A DNA stretch of 64,000 bases from an uncultured Bacteroidales bacterium (lineage in GTDB: Bacteria; Bacteroidota; Bacteroidia; Bacteroidales; UBA932). This document shows positions 28,925 through 39,294 of this stretch, piece after piece. How positions within the stretch are numbered: position 1 is the stretch's first letter; every line of letters begins with the position of its first letter. A model generated the notes under the pieces. The model was not told the DNA's origin. It worked only from the letters and a program-made list of their open reading frames with translations, and made no database searches. The position numbers and the translations under genes are program-made. The stretch spans positions 149-64,148 of the forward strand of contig CAJODR010000005.1 of assembly GCA_905233275.1 (NCBI GenBank), read 5' to 3'.

Positions 28925-31168
28925 AACAAGCATCTTCAAGTGGCGATGTTCGCCGACAACCCAGAGGATGTCACCCTCTTCAAACGGGGTCGTGACGTCA
29001 GGGGAGAAGAGCGTGCCGTCCGACTTCTCAATACCCGCGAGGATGCAGTGGTACTTGTTTCGAAGGCCGCTCTCGCGAAGGCTCTTCCCTTTGAGTGACG
29101 AATTTTCCCCGACGGTGATGCGGGTAATCTGCATCTCGCTTTCGATATAAGCGGTATCGTCTGCCGGAGTGCTGCTCTCTGCGATGATCCTGCCGAATGC
29201 CTCCAACTCGCTGTCTGAAGCGAATACCTGGATCCTGTCCTGAGGGTAGATGCGGTCGGCAGCCTTGGGGATGTTGATGCGGACGTTGCCCCTAAGGATC
29301 GACACCACATGCACCCCGTACTTCTTGCCGAAATCGAGGTCCTGCAGCGTATGTCCCGCCCAAGGCGAATCAGCCGGAATGTCAAAATCCGCCAGGTGAA
29401 GGTCCTTTGAAAGCAGCTTGGAAGCGTATTCGGGCTTCTTTTCGCCCTTGTATTCGGCTTCGAGCTCCCTGGAGCGGAGATTGTCGAGGAATGTCTTCTC
29501 GATCCTTGCCGAAGTACGCTGGAGACGGCGCATCATGAGAATTGCAATCCCGAGCACAAGTGCGACGACAAACAGCACACCCACCGACAGGCTAAGCAGC
29601 TTCTCCAGTACGTAGAAGACGAATGCCATCGCGATGAAAAAGCGCAATACGCGGGTTGCGACGAGGGGTGCCCTGTTGCCCGGACTCTCGTTCCAGAGGG
29701 CCAGGAACAATCCTGCCTTGCCGTTCTTGATCATGATTGCCCGGAGGAATGGTGACAGCACCACGATCGTGACAGCCGCGGTCGCCAGATTGCCCCACTT
29801 GAGCCCCAGCCATTCGGCCATCACGGGCTGCAGGAAGTGCAGCGACAGGAACGTAATCGCGACGCAGATAATGGTGTAGACTATCGTCGAAAGGATGATT
29901 GAGCTGAGGAATTCCTTCCACCGGCTCTTCTCCGTGCTGGCCGGAGAACTGCCGGATGCATACCTGTCGAGGAATGCCATCCACTTGTCCGGAAGATGCC
30001 GGGACACGAAACCATACGCCGGCTCCGACAGCCGGATCATGTACGGCGTTACGAAAATTGTGATGACGGAGACCGCGACGACTATAGGATACAGGAAGTG
30101 GTCGGTGACTCCGAGTGTCACTCCGAGTGAAGCAATGATGAATGCGAATTCGCCGATCTGCGTCAGCGAGAAGCCGCTTTGCATGGCGGTCTTGAGAGGC
30201 TGGCCGGAAAGGAGCACGCCCACGGTGCCGAAAAACATCTGTCCGAGGATGACAGCAAGGGTAATCGCCACGATGGGCCACGCGTACTGGACAATCATCG
30301 ACGGGTCGACCATCATGCCGACCGACACGAAGAATATGGCCCCGAAGAGGTCCTTGACCGGTTTTACCAGCCTGTCGATCTTCTCTGCCTCCACCGTCTC
30401 GGCGAGTATGGAGCCCATGATGAAGGCGCCGAATGCCGCCGAGAATCCGGTCTTTGCCGCGACCACCACCATTCCGAAGCAGAGTCCGAGAGCGACCACC
30501 AGGAGGGTCTCTTCGTTCATCAGCTTTTTCATCTTCCTCAGTATGAGGGGAATGAGATATATTCCGACGGTAAACCAGAGAATCAGGAAGAATACCAGTT
30601 TGCCTATGCTCCAGATGAGCTCTTTGCCCTCGAAGGAACTGCTGACTGCCATGGTCGACAGCACGACCATGAGCACGACTGCCAGAATATCCTCCAAAAT
30701 GAGGATGGAGAGCACCAGGGAGGCGAATTTCTTATTCTTCAGCCCCAGGTCGTCGAAGGCCTTGTATATGATGGTCGTCGAGGACATCGCAATCATTCCT
30801 CCGAGGAATATCGCGTCCATCCTTTTCCAGCCGAATGACGAGCCCACCGTGTATCCGAGGAATATCATTCCGAATATGATGGTCAGCGCCGCGATGATGG
30901 CCGGTCCTCCGACCTTCACGATCTTCTTGATGCTGAATTCGAGGCCGAGGGAGAAGAGAAGGAATATGACGCCGATGTCGGCCCAGATATGGATCGAGGC
31001 CGAATCAATCACCGAGGGCGTCCACGAAAAATGTGGGCTGCAGATGAATCCGGCGACGATATATCCAAGGACGAGGGGCTGTCCCAGTTTCTTGAAAATG
31101 AGCGTCATGATGCCGGCCGATACGAGTATCAGCGCAAGGTCGGCGATTAGGGGAGCAAGTTCTGACAT
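28910..31168 (-). CDS. CPA2 cation:proton antiporter with two TrkA-C domains
   Basis: Multi-TM N-terminus (FFVSVGM, QIGEFAF) and two C-terminal RCK_C-like repeats. Confidence 0.9.
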   Translation of the reverse strand: MSELAPLIADLALILVSAGIMTLIFKKLGQPLVLGYIVAGFICSPHFSWTPSVIDSASIHIWADIGVIFLLFSLGLEFSIKKIVKVGGPAIIAALTIIFGMIFLGYTVGSSFGWKRMDAIFLGGMIAMSSTTIIYKAFDDLGLKNKKFASLVLSILILEDILAVVLMVVLSTMAVSSSFEGKELIWSIGKLVFFLILWFTVGIYLIPLILRKMKKLMNEETLLVVALGLCFGMVVVAAKTGFSAAFGAFIMGSILAETVEAEKIDRLVKPVKDLFGAIFFVSVGMMVDPSMIVQYAWPIVAITLAVILGQMFFGTVGVLLSGQPLKTAMQSGFSLTQIGEFAFIIASLGVTLGVTDHFLYPIVVAVSVITIFVTPYMIRLSEPAYGFVSRHLPDKWMAFLDRYASGSSPASTEKSRWKEFLSSIILSTIVYTIICVAITFLSLHFLQPVMAEWLGLKWGNLATAAVTIVVLSPFLRAIMIKNGKAGLFLALWNESPGNRAPLVATRVLRFFIAMAFVFYVLEKLLSLSVGVLFVVALVLGIAILMMRRLQRTSARIEKTFLDNLRSRELEAEYKGEKKPEYASKLLSKDLHLADFDIPADSPWAGHTLQDLDFGKKYGVHVVSILRGNVRINIPKAADRIYPQDRIQVFASDSELEAFGRIIAESSTPADDTAYIESEMQITRITVGENSSLKGKSLRESGLRNKYHCILAGIEKSDGTLFSPDVTTPFEEGDILWVVGEHRHLKMLVLGKE

Positions 31169-31171
31169 GGC

Positions 31172-33073
31172 TTATTTCTGCTGGAAAGCCCGGAGGCCGC
31201 TGTCGAGGAATGAGACGAATCCGTCTATGTCAAGTCCATATCCGCGGACCGGCGAGATGGGATTGCCTTCGCTGTCGAGGATGATATAATTAGGCTGAGC
31301 ATTGACGCCGAATCGGTCTTTGACGTAGCGGGCGTTGATGGAGCCGAGTTCGGTGAGTACCTTGCCATTATCGAGCGTAACCTGCTCTTCCTTAGGTACT
31401 TCCTTGTGGATGTCGACGTAGAGGGCGACGATGACGAAATCGTCGCGGAGGCGTCTCAGCACCTCGGGATCGCTCCATACGCGGCTCTCCATTTCACGGC
31501 AGTTGGTGCATGCCTTGCCCGTGATGTCGAGGAATATGGGTTTGCCTTCGGCCTTTGACGCTTCCATGCCTTCCTCCAGGGTGAACCAGCCGTTGAGGCC
31601 GTGAGGGAGGGTGAGGCCGTATTTGTCGCCGTATTCATTCGCCGCAGGCGCTGTATTGCCCTGGGGTGCGTATGCTCCGATCACGAAGTCCTGGGTCTCG
31701 ATGGGCGGCAGATAACCGGAAAGGGCCTTGAGAGGCGCTCCCCACATGCCCGGGATCATATATACGACGAATGAGAACACGGTGATGGCGAGCCCCAGCC
31801 TGAAGACGCCGATGTGCTCCACGGGACTGTCGTTCTTGAAGCGGATCTTGCCGAGGAGGTAGAATCCGAGCAGCGAGAAGGTTACAATCCAGATGGCGAG
31901 GTAGACCTCCCTGTCCAGCAGCCCCCAGCCGTAAGCTTGGTCAGCCGTCGAGAGGAATTTGAAGCCGAGGGCGATCTCGATGAAGCCCAGGACTACCTTT
32001 ACGGAATTCATCCAGGAGCCGCTCTTGAGCTTTTTCAGCAGGGTGGGGAAGAGGGCGAACAGAGTGAACGGCAGGGCGAATGCCACCGAGAAGGCGAGCA
32101 TAGTCACCATCGGCACCCAGAACTGTCCCTGGGTGGATTTGATGAGGACCGTGCCGACGATGGGACCGGTGCAGGAGAATGACACCAGCACGAGGGTCAG
32201 AGCCATGAAAAAGACTCCTGCAAGGCCTTTGCTGTCGGATTTCTTGTCGCTCCGGTTGACTATGGAGGAGGGGAGGGTGAGCTCGAACGCCCCGAAGAAG
32301 GAGGCGGCGAACACCATGAATACGAGGAAGAAGATGATGTTGGGCAGCCAGTGCGTTGCGAGCCAGTTGAATATGTCGGCAGTCACGGCGTCACCGCCGA
32401 TGATCCGCGTCAGTAGCACTATTACCGATATGGGCACAGTGTACAGCAGTACGATAAACAGGCCGTACATGAAGGCCTTGAACCGACCCGCCGCCGGCGA
32501 AGATGATCCCTTGAGGAAGAATGACACCGTCATCGGCACCATGGGGAACACGCAAGGCGTAAGCAGCATCGCCAGTCCCCAAAGAATCGCCTCCAGAATC
32601 AGCGCCCACAGACTCCCGTCGGTGCTGTCATCAGGTGCACCGCCATTGGTATTCAGGGCTTGCTGAGAAATCTCTGCGGGGAATACGACCTCAAAGTCGG
32701 CATTCTCCGGCATGGCGCAGGTGGTGTCGTTGCATGCCTGCCAGCGGATGGTGAAAGTGGCCGGCGTTTCGCCCTCGGGAAGGGATACTTCCTGTGTGAG
32801 AATGACGTCACCCTCCATTTGGAGCGGCGCGCTCACTGAAACTCCGTCGCCCTTGACCTTGACGGTGGTCGGGCTGTCCGGATCGTCGGGCGAATAGATG
32901 TGCCAGCCATCGGCCACCTCGCCCCGGGCTGTGATGACACCGCTGGTAGCGGAAGTGCGCTCGACAGAGACGTCCCAGGAGACAGTGACGTCCGGAGCCA
33001 TGCTCTGGGCCGCTGCGCCCGTCGCGAGGGCGAAGGACAGGAGGGCGGCTAGGACAGTTCTTACTGTTCTCAT
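31172..33073 (-). CDS. dsbD: Protein-disulfide reductase DsbD family
   Basis: LTPCVFPM, VSFSCTGP and thioredoxin-like CTNC motifs. Confidence 0.9.
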   Translation of the reverse strand: MRTVRTVLAALLSFALATGAAAQSMAPDVTVSWDVSVERTSATSGVITARGEVADGWHIYSPDDPDSPTTVKVKGDGVSVSAPLQMEGDVILTQEVSLPEGETPATFTIRWQACNDTTCAMPENADFEVVFPAEISQQALNTNGGAPDDSTDGSLWALILEAILWGLAMLLTPCVFPMVPMTVSFFLKGSSSPAAGRFKAFMYGLFIVLLYTVPISVIVLLTRIIGGDAVTADIFNWLATHWLPNIIFFLVFMVFAASFFGAFELTLPSSIVNRSDKKSDSKGLAGVFFMALTLVLVSFSCTGPIVGTVLIKSTQGQFWVPMVTMLAFSVAFALPFTLFALFPTLLKKLKSGSWMNSVKVVLGFIEIALGFKFLSTADQAYGWGLLDREVYLAIWIVTFSLLGFYLLGKIRFKNDSPVEHIGVFRLGLAITVFSFVVYMIPGMWGAPLKALSGYLPPIETQDFVIGAYAPQGNTAPAANEYGDKYGLTLPHGLNGWFTLEEGMEASKAEGKPIFLDITGKACTNCREMESRVWSDPEVLRRLRDDFVIVALYVDIHKEVPKEEQVTLDNGKVLTELGSINARYVKDRFGVNAQPNYIILDSEGNPISPVRGYGLDIDGFVSFLDSGLRAFQQK

Positions 33074-33074
33074 A

Positions 33075-34616
33075 TTATTTTGCGTAAGCTACGCTGCGGG
33101 TTTCACGAATGACGGTGATTTTGACCTGGCCGGGATAGGTCATCTCGTCCTGAATCTTCTTGGCAATCTCTCCGGAGAGGGATGCGGCTTTTTCATCGGT
33201 CACTTCTTCGGCTCCGACAATGACGCGGAGCTCCCTGCCGGCCTGGATGGCGTAAGCCTTTGTGACGCCTTCGTACGACTGGGCGAGGTCTTCCATGCCT
33301 TTGAGACGCTTGATGTAGGATTCGATGACTTCGCGGCGGGCGCCGGGACGTGCACCGGAAATGGCGTCGCCGACAAGGACGATGGGGGCGATGAGCGAAG
33401 TCATCTCGGTCTCCTCGTGGTGGGCGCCGATGGCGTTGCAGATGTCGGGACGCTCCTTGTACTGCTCGGCGAGTTTCATACCGAGAAGGGCGTGAGGCAG
33501 GTCGGGATCCTCGTCGGATACCTTTCCGATATCGTGGAGAAGGCCTGCGCGTTTGGCGATCTTGGGGTTGAGGCCAAGTTCGGAAGCCATTATGGCGCAG
33601 ATATTTGCGACCTCGCGGGAGTGCTGAAGGAGGTTCTGTCCGTAGGACGAACGGTATTTCATCCTGCCGATGAGCTTGACGAGCTCGATGTTCATCCCGT
33701 GGATGCCGAGGTCGATGCAGGTGCGCTTGCCGGTCTCGAGGATCTCGTCGTCAAGCTGCTTCTGGACCTTTGCGACCACTTCCTCGATGCGTGCCGGATG
33801 GATGCGGCCATCGACAACCAGCTGATGGAGAGCCAGGCGGGCGACCTCCCTGCGGACAGGGTCGAATGCCGACAGCATGATGGCGTCGGGCGTATCGTCA
33901 ACGACTATTTCGACTCCGGTCGCAGCCTCGAGAGCGCGGATATTGCGGCCCTCACGGCCGATGATGCGGCCCTTGATCTCGTCATTGTCGATAGGGAAAG
34001 TGGTGACGGCATTTTCGATGGCCGTCTCAGTGGCAGTACGCTGGATAGTATTGATAACTATGCGCTTGGCTTCCTTGGAAGCGTTGAGGCGGGCCTCGTC
34101 GAGGGTGTCGTTGATATAGGCCTGGGCCTCGCTGCGGGCCTCTGCCTTCATGTTCTCTACGAGCATCTGCTTGGCCTCCTCTGCGCTCATACCGGCGATC
34201 TCTTCAATCTGGCGATTGGCGCGAGCCTGTAGTGCCTCGCATTCCTCAACCTTTCTCTGGAGATTGTCCTCCCTGGCCTTGAGGCTCTGGAGACGGGAGT
34301 CGGCTTCCTTCTGCTTTTTCTGGAGGTCTGCGGCCTGGTCCCTGAGGGAACTCTCCTTGTTGCGGAATTCGTTTTCCTTTTCGCGGAAACGCTCGTTGCG
34401 CTCACTGACCATGCGGTCGTGTTCGCTCTTGAGGCTGAGATATTTCTCCTTGGCCTGGAGAATCTTTTCCTGTTTGATTTTCTCGCCTTCGAGCTCGGCC
34501 TTTTCGATGATTTCTTCTCCACGGCCCTTGAGACTGGCCCGGTGGATGAGTATGTATGCGACAAGTGCCACGGCGGCCCCTGCGATTATACCGATTGTGA
34601 GTGATAATAAATCCAT
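33075..34616 (-). CDS. rny: Ribonuclease Y
   Basis: N-terminal TM, coiled coil, KH ([11 protein letters not shown]) and HD (LLHDIGK) domains. Confidence 0.97.
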   Translation of the reverse strand: MDLLSLTIGIIAGAAVALVAYILIHRASLKGRGEEIIEKAELEGEKIKQEKILQAKEKYLSLKSEHDRMVSERNERFREKENEFRNKESSLRDQAADLQKKQKEADSRLQSLKAREDNLQRKVEECEALQARANRQIEEIAGMSAEEAKQMLVENMKAEARSEAQAYINDTLDEARLNASKEAKRIVINTIQRTATETAIENAVTTFPIDNDEIKGRIIGREGRNIRALEAATGVEIVVDDTPDAIMLSAFDPVRREVARLALHQLVVDGRIHPARIEEVVAKVQKQLDDEILETGKRTCIDLGIHGMNIELVKLIGRMKYRSSYGQNLLQHSREVANICAIMASELGLNPKIAKRAGLLHDIGKVSDEDPDLPHALLGMKLAEQYKERPDICNAIGAHHEETEMTSLIAPIVLVGDAISGARPGARREVIESYIKRLKGMEDLAQSYEGVTKAYAIQAGRELRVIVGAEEVTDEKAASLSGEIAKKIQDEMTYPGQVKITVIRETRSVAYAK

Positions 34617-34653
34617 TTGTATATATATTAATGTGTTGTCAAACAATAAAATA

Positions 34654-34684
34654 CGGCGGCTTCCATCAGCGAGGAAGCTGCCGC
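34654..34684 (-). terminator. Hairpin with T-rich tail downstream of the putative 6S RNA
   Basis: GCGGCAGCTTCC-loop-GGAAGCCGCCGT followed by ATTTTATTG on the minus strand. Confidence 0.5.
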
Positions 34685-34695
34685 TTGAAAATAAA

Positions 34696-34849
34696 GCCGC
34701 CGGTTGGCTCTACGGAAAATCTTGATGTCAAGATTTGAGGCCCGACCGGTTCGGAGATCCTCCGAATTTTAATGAGGCCTGTCTTTCCCGGTCTGAGGTT
34801 GCTCGGTACGGATTAAGTACGTTGATTTCAGAGAGGGGTGTCCGGCGGC
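34696..34849 (-). ncRNA. ssrS: Probable 6S RNA
   Basis: Closing stem GCCGCCGG/CCGGCGGC, nested GAAATC/GATTTT and GACCGG/CCGGTC stems and terminal TTCGGAG-GAT-CTCCGAA hairpin; zapA-rny synteny typical of ssrS. Confidence 0.6.
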
Positions 34850-35148
34850 TATTTTGTTTTGTCGAGGTATCTGTCCAAATCTCCGACAAGGGTGCTCGTC
34901 TCCTTTTCGGCCTTTTCGAGAGCGCGGGCGCGCGAAATGCCCGCCACTGCCTCCGTAAGGGCGACGAACGAGAGGATGTCAGTCAGGCTCTTGCCGGGGA
35001 ATTTGGCCAGATTGGCCGCAATCTTGCGGTTGAGGCCGGCCGCGGCGATGCGGATGAGCTCCTCGTCCTCCGGGGATGTGGCCCTGAGGACGAATTCGCG
35101 TTCCGCGATTTTGACTGTGATCCTTTGTTCCATCGTGTCAGCTTTCAA
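34849..35148 (-). CDS. zapA: Cell division protein ZapA
   Basis: ITVKIAEREF...EEELIRIAA...DILSFVAL pattern. Confidence 0.85.
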   Translation of the reverse strand: MKADTMEQRITVKIAEREFVLRATSPEDEELIRIAAAGLNRKIAANLAKFPGKSLTDILSFVALTEAVAGISRARALEKAEKETSTLVGDLDRYLDKTK

Positions 35149-35410
35149 GGAGTTTGATGCACTTGTCGATGTCTTTTATCATTTTGGCTATCCTGGCCTT
35201 GGCCTCGGAATTGTCGGAGGCTGGGGCCACGAAAGCTTCTTTGAGTTTCAGATTGGCGATTTGCCCGTCAAGTTCGGCAATTTGCTTCCTGTAGTCGTCA
35301 TTTTCAGCGGCTAAGGCCTCGAGACGCTGGCGGAGCGACTGATTCTCAGCCCTCTCCGTTTCGTAGAGGGCTATGAGCTGCTCAATCCTTGACTGTACGG
35401 CTTCAAGCAT
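35138..35410 (-). CDS. Coiled-coil protein upstream of zapA (ZapB-like)
   Basis: Continuous heptad pattern; conserved position; overlaps the zapA start. Confidence 0.7.
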   Translation of the reverse strand: MLEAVQSRIEQLIALYETERAENQSLRQRLEALAAENDDYRKQIAELDGQIANLKLKEAFVAPASDNSEAKARIAKMIKDIDKCIKLLES

Positions 35411-35448
35411 GGCTTAGGTTGACGACGTCTGCAAAGTTAGTGTTTTTT

Positions 35449-35814
35449 TCAGAATTCTTCGTTATCGGGGGCGGAGAATTCGTCTTTTTCGCGGTATTCG
35501 CGGATGGGTTCGCCGTGGAGGCATTCCTGCTTGATGTATTCCACTGCTTCTGCCAGGCCTTCGGCGAATTTGTCAAAGTCTTCCTTGTAGAGGAAGATCT
35601 TGTGCTTGTCGTAGGAGAAGGTGCCGTCCCTCTCGGTGCGCTTCTTGCTTTCGGTGATGGTGAGGTAGAAGTCGTTGCCTCCCTTGGTGGTCTTTACGTC
35701 GAAGAAATATGTGCGTTTGCCGGCCCTTACAGGCTTGGAATAGACGTCTTCGCCGGTGCGTTCCCCTCCGCGGGGATAATCATAACGATCATTATACATA
35801 GTGCGTGTATCCAT
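35449..35814 (-). CDS. PUR-family (DUF3276) nucleic-acid-binding protein
   Basis: VRAGKRTYFFDVK, YLTITESKK and KHKIFLYKEDF motifs. Confidence 0.9.
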   Translation of the reverse strand: MDTRTMYNDRYDYPRGGERTGEDVYSKPVRAGKRTYFFDVKTTKGGNDFYLTITESKKRTERDGTFSYDKHKIFLYKEDFDKFAEGLAEAVEYIKQECLHGEPIREYREKDEFSAPDNEEF

Positions 35815-35881
35815 TTATTTTCACAAAAATAATGAAAATTCTGACAATTGCGCTATCTTTGCATAAATTTTTGTTTGAAAT

Positions 35882-36841
35882 ATGCTCAACCGGAGAATCC
35901 TAAGAGTAAAGGTCTTCAAGGTCCTCTATGCCGCATCCTGCGACCGTTCGGTAACGCTCAAGGAAGCGCTCGCCGGGCTCGACGCCTCGGTGGAGGCCTC
36001 CAGGGACCTGTACCTGTACCTTCTGGCCCTTATTCCCCCCGTTACAGCGGAGGCCGGCCGCCGCATTGCCGCGGCCAGGGGAAAGTTCAATCCGACAGAG
36101 GAGGATCTCCATCCCAATACCAAGTTTGCGGACAATGCCATCGCGCCGCTTCTCGCCTCCGATCCAGATTTCGAAAAGCTTCTTTCCAGGAAAAAGCTCT
36201 CCTGGGACCAGGACGACGTGCTTGTCGGCAGGCTCCTGGACGCTCTCCAGGCATCCCCGGCATACGCGAAATACATGTCCGACCCGGGCCGCAGCATTGC
36301 TGCCGACGCCGCTCTGTTCTCGGATTTCTTCGTCAACGTCGCGGGAGAGGATCCCGGCCTTGACGTTATTCTCGAAGAGAGGGGCATCTGCTGGGCTGAC
36401 GAGATTGATTACGTGCTCAGCTGCTGCGCCAGGGGCGTTACGAGGCTTGCGCGTGAGAAGCGTTTCAACCTCCCTCCGCTGTACAACAGCGAGATTCTCG
36501 CCGCTTCCGGACAGAAGGTCGACGACGACCGCAAATTCGCCAGGACTCTGATCACTGCGGCCATGGCAGGGATGGACCGCTACAACGCACTTATCGCCGA
36601 CAGCGTCCGAAAGTGGGATTCCGACAGGCTCTATCTTCCCGACCTGGTCCTCATCGCCCTGGGCCTCGCCGAGGCTGAGTCGGTCCCGGGCATCCCCCTC
36701 AGGGTTACCATCAATGAATACGTTGACATCGCTTCTTCGTTCGGCACCCCGAAGAGCAGCCTTTTCGTCAACGGCCTTCTCGACCGCCTCATCGGCGATC
36801 TCAAGCAGCAGGGCGCCATCAAGGACAAACAGGACAAATAA
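35882..36841 (+). CDS. nusB: Transcription antitermination factor NusB
   Basis: MLNRRILRVKV and VTINEYVDIA...FVNGLLD motifs; TATCTTTG at 35854-35861. Confidence 0.9.
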   Translation: MLNRRILRVKVFKVLYAASCDRSVTLKEALAGLDASVEASRDLYLYLLALIPPVTAEAGRRIAAARGKFNPTEEDLHPNTKFADNAIAPLLASDPDFEKLLSRKKLSWDQDDVLVGRLLDALQASPAYAKYMSDPGRSIAADAALFSDFFVNVAGEDPGLDVILEERGICWADEIDYVLSCCARGVTRLAREKRFNLPPLYNSEILAASGQKVDDDRKFARTLITAAMAGMDRYNALIADSVRKWDSDRLYLPDLVLIALGLAEAESVPGIPLRVTINEYVDIASSFGTPKSSLFVNGLLDRLIGDLKQQGAIKDKQDK

Positions 36842-36853
36842 TTCAAAATCAAT

Positions 36854-37291
36854 ATGAATACATTCTATCTTCTCGACAACGAGGCAGCAGTCCAGCAGAC
36901 TGCACAGACAGTACAGGAAACCGTACAGACCGAAGTTCAGTCCACCCAGACGACCCAGGCCGTCACCGAGCAGCCGGATCCCGCCAAAGCTGCACAGCAG
37001 CAGGGCAAAAAGCCGCAGGGAAACGGCTGGAGCATGTGGATCATGCTCGCCCTCATCTTCGTGGTGATGTGGCTCTTCATGATCCGCCCGCAGCGCAAGC
37101 AGCAGAAGCAGATGGAAGAATTCCGCAATTCGCTCAAGAAGGGTGACAAGGTGGTCACCGTCGGCGGTATTTACGGCGAAATCGTCGAGGTCGGTGAAAA
37201 GACCGTCCTCATCAAGGTTGACGGCGACACCAAGCTCCGCGTCGACAAGGCAGGTCTCGTGAAGGACTATTCCGAGGCCCAGCAGCGCTAA
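36854..37291 (+). CDS. yajC: Preprotein translocase subunit YajC
   Basis: FMIRPQRKQQK and GDKVVTVGGIYG motifs. Confidence 0.95.
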   Translation: MNTFYLLDNEAAVQQTAQTVQETVQTEVQSTQTTQAVTEQPDPAKAAQQQGKKPQGNGWSMWIMLALIFVVMWLFMIRPQRKQQKQMEEFRNSLKKGDKVVTVGGIYGEIVEVGEKTVLIKVDGDTKLRVDKAGLVKDYSEAQQR

Positions 37292-37306
37292 TCCTTCAGA
37301 TCCCGG

Positions 37307-38287
37307 ATGGCCTTTCGGGACATATTCTTCAAGTTTTCGGACTGGCTCCATTCCAAGGGCCGGGACTGGACGGCGTTGCTGCTTTCGCTCATCATCGCCG
37401 TAGTCATCTGGCTCGTCAGTTCTCTGGCGGGGAGCTATTCGACGGTCATGTCCGTCTCCCTTACTGCCGAATGTGACATCGAAGGCCACAACAACCTGTC
37501 CTCCAACAGCGTATCCCTCGTAGCCCATGTCAGGACCTCCGGTTTCAGGACCCTTTCTTCGAGACTTCGCAGGGAAGACAAGACGGTGACGCTCAGTATC
37601 GACCGCAATATCCTTCGGCAGAGATCGGAGGAGGAGTTTTTCGTGACCGCGTCTTCGCTGACCGGATATGTGTCGGCGATCTACGGTGACGACGTGACCC
37701 TGGAGGGATTCGTCTCGGACACCCTGTTCTTCCGCTTCCCCTCGGAGCATTGCAAGAAGGTGCCGGTCGTCCCGGCCAGCGTCATCCGCTTCCGTCCGCA
37801 GTACATGGAACTGTCTCCCGTCAGGACCGATCCTGATTCGGTGATGATATACGGCGACCCCAAGACTCTCTCGAGGGTGAGCAGTATCTCAACCCGCACC
37901 ATCCGTCTAGACGACGTCCATGGCAATACCCATGGAATGATTGCCCTGGATGCCCCCGGAGGCGTTCGCACGGCAGTTTCCGAGGTCCGGTACAGTATCG
38001 AATCGCAGCGCTATGTGGAGACCTCCTCAAGGATGAAGATCTACTTCACCGGTGTTCCCGATGGCATTGAACTCAAGGCCTATCCTCCGGAGGTGGATGT
38101 GACGCTCCGCTGCCTTTTCCCGATGACTTACGATCCGACCGGTGACCTGAGGCTTGTCATACCGTACTCCGATTTCGAAGCATCCCGTACCGGCCGTTGC
38201 ATACCGGTCCTCGAAGTGGTCCCGGAAGGACTTATCAATTGCAGCGTATCTCCCGAGATAATCCGCTGCGTGGAGGTTGCAAGATGA
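37307..38287 (+). CDS. YbbR/CdaR-like domain protein
   Basis: N-terminal TM, PDSVMIYG and YPPEVDV repeats; conserved yajC-ybbR-coaE order. Confidence 0.75.
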   Translation: MAFRDIFFKFSDWLHSKGRDWTALLLSLIIAVVIWLVSSLAGSYSTVMSVSLTAECDIEGHNNLSSNSVSLVAHVRTSGFRTLSSRLRREDKTVTLSIDRNILRQRSEEEFFVTASSLTGYVSAIYGDDVTLEGFVSDTLFFRFPSEHCKKVPVVPASVIRFRPQYMELSPVRTDPDSVMIYGDPKTLSRVSSISTRTIRLDDVHGNTHGMIALDAPGGVRTAVSEVRYSIESQRYVETSSRMKIYFTGVPDGIELKAYPPEVDVTLRCLFPMTYDPTGDLRLVIPYSDFEASRTGRCIPVLEVVPEGLINCSVSPEIIRCVEVAR

Positions 38288-39294
38288 CGACTCTGGCCAT
38301 CACCGGCGGCATCGGCAGCGGCAAATCGGCCGTGGCCGCGATTCTTTCCTCGGAGGGTATCCCGGTCTACGATTCCGATTCGGCGGCAAAGAGCCTCTAC
38401 GACCGCAATCAGGAACTCGTTGGTAAGCTGGAGGAGAGTCTCGGAGTGCCGCTCCGTGACACCGAAGGACGTTTTGACCGCCGTCTCCTGGCTTCAGCCC
38501 TGTTCTCGGATCCGGACCGCCGCAGTGTCGTCGAATCGATCGTCCATCCTCTCGTGAAGGAGGATTTCCTCCGGTGGAGGGATGATCAGAAAGCCCCGGT
38601 CGTCGCCATCGAGTCGGCAATCATCGGCCGCGTCCCGTCAATGGCGGACATTCCCGATGTAACCGTCAGAGTGGAAGCACCTGAGGATGAACGCATAAGG
38701 AGAGTCTCCCGGCGAAGCGGCCTCTCCCCGGACGAAGTCAGGGCGAGGATCGCAGCCCAGCCTTCCGATACTGCCGTCCCTGATGCCGTAATAGTCAATG
38801 ATTCCACTGAGGAGGTACTCCGTCAGCGCACAATCAAGCTACTTAAAAAACTCAGAATAATGAAAACAGATCTCGCAAAAACCCTTTCCGTATCCGGCCA
38901 CGGCGGCCTTTACCGTTACATCGCCCAGGCCCGCGGAGGCGTCATCGCCGAATCCCTCGAGACCGGCGCACGCACATTCTTCGATGCCCACAGCCGCATC
39001 ACCACCCTGGAAGACATTTCCATCTACACCGAGGAAGGTGAAGTAAAGCTCAAGGAAGTGCTCCGCAAGCTGCACGAAGTCCTCGGCGAGGACAAGGCCC
39101 CGTCTTCCAAGGACAGCGCCGACGCGGTCAAGGCCCTTTTCCAGAAGGCCCTTCCCGACTATGACGACACCCGCTTCTATGTCTCGCACATGAAGAAGGT
39201 CGTCGACTGGTACAACTGCCTGGCGACATTCGCCTCCCTCGATTTCGTTGACGAGGAAGAGGGCGATGAGGCTCCCGCCGCCGACGAACAGTGA
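38284..39294 (+). CDS. coaE: Dephospho-CoA kinase read in-frame into a DUF5606-type protein (second start ATG 38860)
   Basis: ITGGIGSGKS and IVHPLV CoaE motifs, then MKTDLAKTLSVSGHGGLYRY...FYVSHMKKVVDWYN with no stop between. Confidence 0.85.
   Translation: MTTLAITGGIGSGKSAVAAILSSEGIPVYDSDSAAKSLYDRNQELVGKLEESLGVPLRDTEGRFDRRLLASALFSDPDRRSVVESIVHPLVKEDFLRWRDDQKAPVVAIESAIIGRVPSMADIPDVTVRVEAPEDERIRRVSRRSGLSPDEVRARIAAQPSDTAVPDAVIVNDSTEEVLRQRTIKLLKKLRIMKTDLAKTLSVSGHGGLYRYIAQARGGVIAESLETGARTFFDAHSRITTLEDISIYTEEGEVKLKEVLRKLHEVLGEDKAPSSKDSADAVKALFQKALPDYDDTRFYVSHMKKVVDWYNCLATFASLDFVDEEEGDEAPAADEQ

Noticed and set aside
35900-37750. 616-aa minus-strand ORF
   Set aside because: Antisense shadow of nusB-yajC-ybbR, expected from C/G-ending codon bias; no motifs.
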